Shown: piece by piece, positions 8,507 through 15,756 of the stretch
How the letters are laid out: each line of letters begins with the position of its first letter
How positions within the stretch are numbered: position 1 is the stretch's first letter
Source: Candidatus Micrarchaeaceae archaeon
GTDB lineage: Archaea; Micrarchaeota; Micrarchaeia; Micrarchaeales; CABMGC01
Direction of reading: 5' to 3'
Assembly (NCBI GenBank): GCA_038873795.1
Contig: JAVZDR010000003.1
Coordinates: 1 to 40,026 of the forward strand
Length of the DNA: 40,026 bases
The notes under the pieces: model-generated
Databases searched by the model: none
The model's input: only the letters and a program-made list of their open reading frames with translations
What the model was told of the DNA's origin: nothing
Program-made: the position numbers and the translations under genes

Positions 8507-9985
8507 TCAAGATGCTGTAACATTTGTGGTTGCATATGCGCCCTCTTCGCCAATCAGCACAACCTTATAGGTAGCTCCTGGTATTGGGGTTATGATTACA
8601 TGGCCATTTGCATATTCTATCTTTCCTGAAAATGAAAATGTTGCCTGGCTTCCAGGTGCAAGCACATATCCCACATTTCCCTCAAACATTTGATCAGAGT
8701 TGAAAGGTAGTGCGAGTGTGCCATTAGATTCAACTATGAAGTTCAGCACACGCATATATTGCTGCTCAAATTTTATTCTCATGGCAGCCATTTCCTGGAA
8801 TTTCTCTGAAAACTGGCTGATATTCAGGCCAAGTGCACTGGCATTCTGTGAAATCAGCCTCCAATTATTGTATACATTGCCCCAGTGATCCTCAACTTCG
8901 CCAAGGCTACTGCTATTGACCATCATGCTGAAATTGTTATTCATGCCAAAATCCTCATTTTTTAACCTGCTGGTGTATTTTGAGATATATGCGCTTATTT
9001 CAGATGAATTGCTGATATTGACCCCATGGTCTTCCATCTCGCTTATCATTGCTGATGCTATGCTCGAAACATTCATGACATTTGCATTTGTGATAAATGC
9101 CTTTGTAATGTTGTTGCTGTGGTATATGCCAAGTATGCCAGAGATTTCAGATGTGTTAGGGCCGAAATGCATGGCCTGACCTATGCTGAAGGGTTGCATA
9201 GGCACAGCTATCTTTGAGAGCGTGACAGATTCATTTCCAAAGAGCATTATATGGTTTATTGTTGCGCTTTTGTTAGAGTTGTCCTTGATTGTAATTGAGA
9301 TTGATGTTGTGCCATTAGCGCCAACTTCGAGAGATTTAGATATCACAGTTAGGTTTGGCTTTATGCTTTCGATTTCATGCTTGTAAGCATATGCAAGCTT
9401 CGAAATATTGCCCGCAACTTTAGCAGATGCGTTCACAGATGGGACAACCACAGCCTTTAGCGATGGGACTAGCACAAAAATTGTCGAGTTAGTTGTGTAT
9501 ATTGTGACTACCGTTGGTGAAAGATCGGCAAGCAGCCCGGAAGTCGCATTGAGCCTGCCATTTGCTGCTATCTTTGCGCTTACCTGCTGTTTAGGAACCG
9601 TTACAGGATAGGCTGTGCCATTGATTGTAATGCTGGCAGAAGTTATATTGAACTGAACAATATTTATGCTCGAATTTATTGGAAGATTTGCTACGCCTAT
9701 CACTTCTGTAAAGTTTATCAGATGCATAAGATTTATTGTGCCTGAACTGGAAACATCCAGCCAGCCTGAGGCATTTGCAGAGCCAATATAGTGCACTCGC
9801 AGCGAAGAATATGAAATATTAAGAGATGTGGCGCCTGCAGGCAGATGTGGCGGGTCGGTAAGCAGTATTGGTACCGCAATTAGCGAGGATATTGTTGTCA
9901 CGTGCGCTGGCGTAATTGCCACATACATTATTATGCCCACTATTACAATAACCGCGATGATATACCAAATTGTCTTGTCCATCAT
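8507..9985 (-). CDS. Membrane-anchored surface glycoprotein, DUF4382-like
   Basis: N-terminal hydrophobic anchor, ILLTDPP motif typical of DUF4382, beta-rich Asn/Ser/Thr composition and many N-x-S/T sequons. Confidence 0.7.
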   Translation of the reverse strand: MMDKTIWYIIAVIVIVGIIMYVAITPAHVTTISSLIAVPILLTDPPHLPAGATSLNISYSSLRVHYIGSANASGWLDVSSSGTINLMHLINFTEVIGVANLPINSSINIVQFNITSASITINGTAYPVTVPKQQVSAKIAANGRLNATSGLLADLSPTVVTIYTTNSTIFVLVPSLKAVVVPSVNASAKVAGNISKLAYAYKHEIESIKPNLTVISKSLEVGANGTTSISITIKDNSNKSATINHIMLFGNESVTLSKIAVPMQPFSIGQAMHFGPNTSEISGILGIYHSNNITKAFITNANVMNVSSIASAMISEMEDHGVNISNSSEISAYISKYTSRLKNEDFGMNNNFSMMVNSSSLGEVEDHWGNVYNNWRLISQNASALGLNISQFSEKFQEMAAMRIKFEQQYMRVLNFIVESNGTLALPFNSDQMFEGNVGYVLAPGSQATFSFSGKIEYANGHVIITPIPGATYKVVLIGEEGAYATTNVTAS

Positions 9986-10031
9986 ACGCTATACCAATTT
10001 AAGCTTAATAAACCTTGTGCTTCGTTTCGGT

Positions 10032-10382
10032 TCAGTTGTTGATGCTTTTTGCAAGTACGAAAGAAATTTCAAGCGAACTTTGGTTTCCAGCCTCTGTAAC
10101 CACCAAGCTCATCTTGTATTTTTCTTTGTTTTCTACTATGTATTTGATACTTTCCATATTTTTATCTATCGGCAATACAATTTTCAGACTTCTGGAGTAG
10201 TCTGCTGTACCTTTTAGCAAAATCACAATTGAGTTAGAATTAGGCATATAATAAAAATCCTTTTCAGAGTTTGCAGCCGCATTTTTTATTCTTTTAGCAA
10301 GATCCGCGCTGATATCGTATTTTAGATACATATAGCCCAATAAATTGGTGTCTTTTTCATGCTTGAATGCTACGCCCGTCAT
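10032..10382 (-). CDS. Hypothetical protein (116 aa)
   Basis: ATG-started ORF 17 nt downstream of the 901-aa gene on the same strand. No recognisable motif. Confidence 0.65.
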   Translation of the reverse strand: MTGVAFKHEKDTNLLGYMYLKYDISADLAKRIKNAAANSEKDFYYMPNSNSIVILLKGTADYSRSLKIVLPIDKNMESIKYIVENKEKYKMSLVVTEAGNQSSLEISFVLAKSINN

Positions 10383-10399
10383 GACATCGCCGTTGCAGA

Positions 10400-13105
10400 T
10401 TACACTTTGATATTAGATACAGTATTTTTGTTATGCGTGTTAATGGCAAATTTGTCACGCATGAAAGCATGATATAATGACTTCTCGAGCTCGCCGCTTC
10501 TCTCTAGATTGGCTCTCAAAATTGGATAGAGTACGCTTTTGATTGTTTTGTTGTCCTTCAAATCAAGCTCGGCTATTATAAATCCCCTTGTTGCGTCGCT
10601 TATCGCTTGCGGAAATTCAGAGACATACGTGTTTTCGTCTTCATACTGCATTGCCGGAGTTTCAAACGTTTGAAGATCGCCGCTTATAGTGTGCTTAGGC
10701 TCGTGGTAGTGGGCCTCAAACACAGCTGCGACAGGCACACGTTTTTGCAGTATCGCTTGTGGCTTTTGTTCGAGTGCTCTGGCAAGTTTATGCTGAACCC
10801 TTATTGTATCTTCATTATCTATGTTTATGTTGCCTATGCCATAGTCTTCTCCAGTAACAACTATTACTCTGCCTTCATCTGCGCCTTTGCCTTTCAGGTA
10901 GAGTTTGATTATGCCCGCTAGTTCAGTGGCCTCATCGTACTCGTGTGTTTTGTTTGTTTTATTGAAGTGATTGCCACTGTCTATCCATATGTAGCCATTT
11001 TTGCTTATAGTTTCATCTATTACTGGCAAAAGCTTTTGAATTACGGATTCAGCTTGGGCACTTATGGTTTGTATGATGCTCACTCTGTTGAAGAACTTGA
11101 CAAGCTCTGCGTTTATCTGATCGCCACTTAATCCGAGCTTTTGGAGATAGTTACGATATTCGTAGAAGGTGTTTGGCAGTGTAAGCTGCTGTGGCGAATT
11201 TTTGAAGTTTGCTAGGTTACCTTCTATTATGTCACCATTAAGCAGCAATATCGGAATCCTACTAGAATCCAAATTGTGTATGTACTCCTTGCCTTTTTGT
11301 ACAGCTTTTTCAAGCAAATCGTTTTCGGCCAAGCCACCCTCGTGGATGTCGCTCATTGCGACCACTGCAAGTTTCTTGATGTTATTTGGAGTCTCCTTAG
11401 CCGCATAGGGTATGAGCCCCGATATCTGCTTTGTTGAAAGCTTCGGAATTTCATAACTCTTTAACTCTGATGGCCTCTTTTGCTCCAGGATGAGTTTTTC
11501 CAGTTTTGGGTCTTTGACTATCTCTTCGGCTTCCGTATCTGCAGTATGACTGCTTTGCGCAGTTTTGTTTGCTTTTTTGAGTTTGATCAGTTCTGTTGCC
11601 ACAGCAAGCTCTCTTTTGTCGGCTTCAATGCGTTTTATCTTTAGAAACTCGCTCGTGATTGAAGTATGCGCAACATAGCCATCTGGAAATATATCAACTA
11701 TGCTTGCTGAAGAATCAGGAGGGAGCTTTTCTACGGTTTTTGTGGTTCTTGTGATTATTTTTTGGTTATATAGTTCGCCAAGCGCTTCTCTGTCTGCAAA
11801 TGTGCCTTTTGCGAGCGATACGAATATTTTTTCCCTGTCAAGGTCTAAAGTTGGCTCAACGGAGAATGATGTAAAAACATTTCCGCCGCTGATGAGCATT
11901 GTTAAAGGTTTCTGCAATACTTCCCTTTTGCCTATTGTTTCAACATACCTGTAAAAGTTGTCAGCGGCTAAGGTGTTGCTATTTTTATTGTACATCTTTG
12001 ATGATGTGCCTAGTATCGGCTCTGCCTTCAATGCTATTGTAAATTCAAAGTTGTTTAGTTTCTTGCTTATGAATGTCAGGTCTTTATCAAGTATTGCGAC
12101 TCTGTGTTTCCTGTCAATATCATTTATATAAGAGTAGTACTCCATCTTTGCAAGTTTATTTATGATCTTCTCAATGTCGGGCTTGATTCGCACATTGTGC
12201 GTAAATGCTTCTATCCGCGCTGACCCTCGCTGAGCCATTGACTCTAGCTCAAGATTTCCTATCTCTTCGAGGCGCTTTCTCGCAGCCCTGAGCAGCTTAG
12301 ATATGGCTTTCGCCTCATTTGCGGTTTTCTTGTATGCAGCCGCGGTTCCATTCTCGTTCTTTAGGGCCTTAAATTCTTTGTTTTTCTCCTCGAGCTGCTT
12401 TTCCAGATTATCCATCGTCATCTGCAGTTTCTCTTTGCTTAACCTTGCAATACGAGCTGCCACCACCAGAATTTTTAGCGTCTCCGCTCTTTCCTCCAAT
12501 TCTTTATATTCGTCTCTGTTGAGCTTTAGCTTCTTTTTGGCATTCTGGTATTCTGCTTTTAGCTGTGCATCTTTTGGATTTTTATCAAGCTGCTTCTCAA
12601 GTGCCTCAATTGAATTCTCAGTGCTTTTTATTATCGCTGATGTGGCTCTTTTGTTTGTGTAGACCATCCTAAGCGCTTCCAACAGCCATTGAGGATTGTG
12701 TCCATACGCATAGCGCAGGTTCCTAGCTATTTCACCTATGTTCTGTGAATCGGCTGTTCCAAGAGCAAAGTATACTTTTGGATCGCCAAGTGCATTATTA
12801 AGTCTTTCAACATGTGGCTTAATTATTGCAGGTACGTCGCTCATGAAGTTGATTCCATCTTCTATCATCAAAAGCTGGCTTTCGTGCTCATATGATGGGA
12901 TCCATGGGATTAGCCCTGACTTGCCGCCAAAATATACGACCATGTTGGGCTTTTGCACATTAGGGTCATTGAAATATTCTGCGAGACCTATAAAATTGTC
13001 CTTGCTGAAAGCTTTTGTTCCAGGGAAGAGATCAGATAGAACAAGGATTCTATACGGGTGCGTACCATTTCCATTAGGCCTGCCCTGTGAAATCGGATTC
13101 CCCAC
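10400..13105 (-). CDS. Large protein with a degenerate N-terminal metallophosphoesterase-like domain, a coiled coil and an intact C-terminal calcineurin-like phosphoesterase domain
   Basis: C-terminal half has AMSDIHEG, LLNGDIIEG, DSGNHF, VQHK and EAHYHE. N-terminus has ILVLSDLFPG, VVYFGG and FALGTAD. K/E-rich heptad region in between. Confidence 0.75.
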   Translation of the reverse strand: MGNPISQGRPNGNGTHPYRILVLSDLFPGTKAFSKDNFIGLAEYFNDPNVQKPNMVVYFGGKSGLIPWIPSYEHESQLLMIEDGINFMSDVPAIIKPHVERLNNALGDPKVYFALGTADSQNIGEIARNLRYAYGHNPQWLLEALRMVYTNKRATSAIIKSTENSIEALEKQLDKNPKDAQLKAEYQNAKKKLKLNRDEYKELEERAETLKILVVAARIARLSKEKLQMTMDNLEKQLEEKNKEFKALKNENGTAAAYKKTANEAKAISKLLRAARKRLEEIGNLELESMAQRGSARIEAFTHNVRIKPDIEKIINKLAKMEYYSYINDIDRKHRVAILDKDLTFISKKLNNFEFTIALKAEPILGTSSKMYNKNSNTLAADNFYRYVETIGKREVLQKPLTMLISGGNVFTSFSVEPTLDLDREKIFVSLAKGTFADREALGELYNQKIITRTTKTVEKLPPDSSASIVDIFPDGYVAHTSITSEFLKIKRIEADKRELAVATELIKLKKANKTAQSSHTADTEAEEIVKDPKLEKLILEQKRPSELKSYEIPKLSTKQISGLIPYAAKETPNNIKKLAVVAMSDIHEGGLAENDLLEKAVQKGKEYIHNLDSSRIPILLLNGDIIEGNLANFKNSPQQLTLPNTFYEYRNYLQKLGLSGDQINAELVKFFNRVSIIQTISAQAESVIQKLLPVIDETISKNGYIWIDSGNHFNKTNKTHEYDEATELAGIIKLYLKGKGADEGRVIVVTGEDYGIGNINIDNEDTIRVQHKLARALEQKPQAILQKRVPVAAVFEAHYHEPKHTISGDLQTFETPAMQYEDENTYVSEFPQAISDATRGFIIAELDLKDNKTIKSVLYPILRANLERSGELEKSLYHAFMRDKFAINTHNKNTVSNIKV

Positions 13106-13139
13106 TATGCAACCCCCGCATAAATATGTAACGGGGAAG

Positions 13140-13151
13140 GTATAAAAACCC
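13140..13151 (-). promoter_or_regulatory. Putative BRE/TATA of the 901-aa gene
   Basis: Minus strand reads AAAAGGGTTTTTATAC about 35-45 nt upstream of the GTG start, with a G-rich RBS-like run in between. Confidence 0.45.
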
Positions 13152-13223
13152 TTTTGATTTGGCCATTTATTGAATTTACAGCTTGCCCGATTACAGCGGC
13201 ATTTTATACGACATTTGCAATCC

Positions 13224-13922
13224 TTAGGAAGTTAGGGCATCCATCACTATTTTTGCTGTATAATTTATTTGCTTTGACAAATGCTTTGAATCTAGTAGCG
13301 GCGTCTTTAGGACAACATTATCAGAAGCCACAAAGACAGCGGCCGCTTTTACTTTCCTGAATTCTGCAAGCTTGAATAGCGCGGCTGCTTCCATTTCTAC
13401 GCCTATAAATCTTTTATTTTTTGTTAGAGCTGCTTCTGAATAGAACGCGTTAGACGAAAATATAGGGCCTTTGAAAAACCTTTTGCCTCCTTTTGCCAAC
13501 AAATCTTCTATTTTTGAGGTAAGGGAAGGGTTGGGATAAAATGTGGTGCTTTTGAGTTTCGGAAAATATTCCCAGAGTGTGCCACCTTTTTTGCATGATG
13601 CAGAAGTTGCTAGTATTATGTCGCCGTATTTTATCTCTCTGATCAAGCCGCCGGCTGTGCCAAGCCTTACTATCTCCCTGCCGCCGAACGCGATGACTTC
13701 TTCCAGTGCTATCGCAATGGATGGCATGCCTATGCCGTGCGAGACAAGACTTATTCTTTTCCCATTATAAGTGCCTGTATAAACAAGAAATCTTGTTTTG
13801 TTTAAAAGCTTAGCTCCTTTGAGAAGGTGTGACAACATTTTAATTCTATCAGCATCGCCAGCAACTATTACACGTTCTGCCATCGCGCCCTTTTTTATCT
13901 TGATGTGCTGCGGCGTAATCAT
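13224..13922 (-). CDS. Purine/uridine nucleoside phosphorylase (PNP/UDP family)
   Basis: VIVAGDADR, HGIGMPS, IVRLGTAGG, GVEMEAAALF and VASD motifs. Confidence 0.9.
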   Translation of the reverse strand: MITPQHIKIKKGAMAERVIVAGDADRIKMLSHLLKGAKLLNKTRFLVYTGTYNGKRISLVSHGIGMPSIAIALEEVIAFGGREIVRLGTAGGLIREIKYGDIILATSASCKKGGTLWEYFPKLKSTTFYPNPSLTSKIEDLLAKGGKRFFKGPIFSSNAFYSEAALTKNKRFIGVEMEAAALFKLAEFRKVKAAAVFVASDNVVLKTPLLDSKHLSKQINYTAKIVMDALTS

Positions 13923-13926
13923 AATG

Positions 13927-14817
13927 TCATCTCTCTAACAATTTTCTAACTAATTTTATAACCGTTTTGGAAGGGAAGCGGTTGCCAGTGTATAATGAGT
14001 GGCCTGCGCCTTTGATCAAGGTGACGGATACGAGATTCCTATTTTCTTTTAGGCGTTCCGCAGCTTTTCTGATAGGAATGACCATATACTCATCTTTTGT
14101 GCCAAAAATTGCTGCAATAGGGATGTTAATGGATTTGAACTCCCTCATGCTTCCTTTATAGTCCAGAATTCTGCCTTCGATGCTCCTTTCGTCAGCTGTA
14201 CTTAGAAACCTTGATGCTGATATCGGCCACTGGCCTTTTGGCATTATCTCTTTTGGCATTATTGCATATGGATCTTTACGTTTCAGCACTTTTGCTATGC
14301 GCAAACTCCTATAGAAATCCTTTTTGTGGCGTTTGTAATTCCATATGTCATAGCTTCTGTCATCAACAGGGCTTAGAAGTATGAGGCCTTTGATTATCTT
14401 TGTTATGCGCTTTTTCCTATTTTTGTAAAGGAAGTAGATGGCTTTCTGGCAGCCTGTGCTTTTGCCTATGATTATGACTTCCTTAAAGCCCATCTTTTTA
14501 AGAAATGAAAGAGCGCCATATATGTCATGCGCAGAGTCCTCAAACTTTTCGAATGCTGCGCCGGCGAGTATTCTCTTGCCTGTTTCTCCAAAACTAAGCT
14601 CTTCTGCAATATAGCTTCCGCGCTGCTGTATAGACAGCAGAGCTATACCTTCATTGCAAGCCGATTTTGCTATGCTCATTGCAGTATGCGTATAGAAATT
14701 GCCGCCAAGGCCATGAAGATATAATATCGCCTTTCCACTGCTTCTTTTTGGTGTGAATAACGCCGCAGCTAGGCTGATTTTGTCTTTCGCGTCAAAATAC
14801 ACTATCTTCACTTTCAT
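13927..14817 (-). CDS. Alpha/beta hydrolase, DUF1749-like
   Basis: LHGLGGNFY, nucleophile elbow GKSTGCQ, ILLSPVDD, GTKDEY and GAGH (Ser-Asp-His triad). Confidence 0.85.
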   Translation of the reverse strand: MKVKIVYFDAKDKISLAAALFTPKRSSGKAILYLHGLGGNFYTHTAMSIAKSACNEGIALLSIQQRGSYIAEELSFGETGKRILAGAAFEKFEDSAHDIYGALSFLKKMGFKEVIIIGKSTGCQKAIYFLYKNRKKRITKIIKGLILLSPVDDRSYDIWNYKRHKKDFYRSLRIAKVLKRKDPYAIMPKEIMPKGQWPISASRFLSTADERSIEGRILDYKGSMREFKSINIPIAAIFGTKDEYMVIPIRKAAERLKENRNLVSVTLIKGAGHSLYTGNRFPSKTVIKLVRKLLER

Positions 14818-14825
14818 GCGCTCAA

Positions 14826-15251
14826 CTATCTCCCATATGTTGATACAATCTTGCTTATGATTTTTCTTGTTGCGCTTAGGTCACCTCCAACATATTTGCC
14901 TATCCTCACAACCTTTACCTTAAGCCCGCGCCTTAGGCATTCCTTTTCTATCTTCTTCTCATCGAATTTCTGGTCGTAGCCGAGCGCGATGATGTTGGGC
15001 TTTATCTCTTCCACAGTTTTGAAGATATCGTCTTTGTTTCCAAGCCTTGCCTCATCTACAACTTTTAGCGAAGAGACAATTTTCAATCTTGTATTCTCAT
15101 CCATTATAGGCTTACGCTTTAGCCTTTCAGCTGTAGAATCCCTAGCCACTACAACAACAAGCTCGTCGCCTAGCTTCTTGGCTTCGGTCAAAAAATATAT
15201 GTGGCCTAGGTGCAGGATGTCAAAGACCCCTGTTGCCATTACTTTTGTCAA
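14826..15251 (-). CDS. ribL: FAD synthase (archaeal RibL, cytidylyltransferase family)
   Basis: ATGVFDILHLGH, VVVARD and IIALGYDQ. Probable TTG start at 15251 after a GGGTG RBS-like sequence. Confidence 0.85.
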   Translation of the reverse strand: MTKVMATGVFDILHLGHIYFLTEAKKLGDELVVVVARDSTAERLKRKPIMDENTRLKIVSSLKVVDEARLGNKDDIFKTVEEIKPNIIALGYDQKFDEKKIEKECLRRGLKVKVVRIGKYVGGDLSATRKIISKIVSTYGR

Positions 15252-15324
15252 GCACCCACTCCATTCCAAGCTTGAAGGCGCTTAGCCCTTTTTTGGACCG
15301 GCTTTTTATCTCGAAGCTTAAAGG

Positions 15325-15397
15325 CGCCTCGGTCGGGATTCGAACCCGAGTCGCAAGCGTGACAGGCTCGCATGCTGGACCGCTACACTACCGAGGC
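15325..15397 (-). tRNA. tRNA-Asp(GUC)
   Basis: GCCTCGG/CCGAGGC acceptor with G73, anticodon arm CGAGC-CT-GTC-AC-GCTTG, GGTTCGAATCC T-arm, no intron. Confidence 0.95.
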
Positions 15398-15404
15398 ATC
15401 TGCA

Positions 15405-15593
15405 TTATCTCTTAAAATTTCTTATGTTCTCATGAAGGTTGTCAATAGAAATGCTTCTATCACGCATCAGGCTTTTAATGTGATACCGCTCCGCAAGCTC
15501 TTTTGCAAGTGCATATGCAGTCAGTATACCTAATGCTACCACTGTGCCTATATATACGTAATCATTGAGTTGTAATATCGGCGTTATTTCCAT
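15405..15593 (-). CDS. Small single-pass membrane protein (62 aa)
   Basis: ATG ORF filling the gap between two tRNAs, with one hydrophobic segment (VYIGTVVALGILTAYALA) and a basic tail. Confidence 0.6.
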   Translation of the reverse strand: MEITPILQLNDYVYIGTVVALGILTAYALAKELAERYHIKSLMRDRSISIDNLHENIRNFKR

Positions 15594-15625
15594 TGCATTG
15601 CTTCGTTGCCTTCAATCATCATAAA

Positions 15626-15713
15626 TCCCGTTGGGGTGAATTGAACACCCAACCTGCCGGTAACCACTTTGACAAGCTACAGCCGGCCGCTCTAGCCATT
15701 GAGCTACAACGGG
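15626..15713 (-). tRNA. tRNA-Tyr(GUA) with a 15-nt intron at 37/38 (intron 15662-15676)
   Basis: C1-G72 acceptor CCCGTTG/CAACGGG with A73 (archaeal Tyr identity), anticodon arm GCCGG-CT-GTA-G|CTTGTCAAAGTGGTT|A-CCGGC. Confidence 0.92.
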
Positions 15714-15756
15714 CTAACGCACATATTTATTATATTTATAGATAGCTATAAAAATT

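Noticed and set aside
10400-13105. SMC/Rad50 partner for the nearby scpAB
   Set aside because: No Walker A/B or ABC signature motifs, and the coiled coil is much shorter than in SMC.
8447-13220. Integrated genomic island next to tRNA-Ser
   Set aside because: The block lies on the 5' side of the tRNA, and I found no integrase or duplicated tRNA 3' end.
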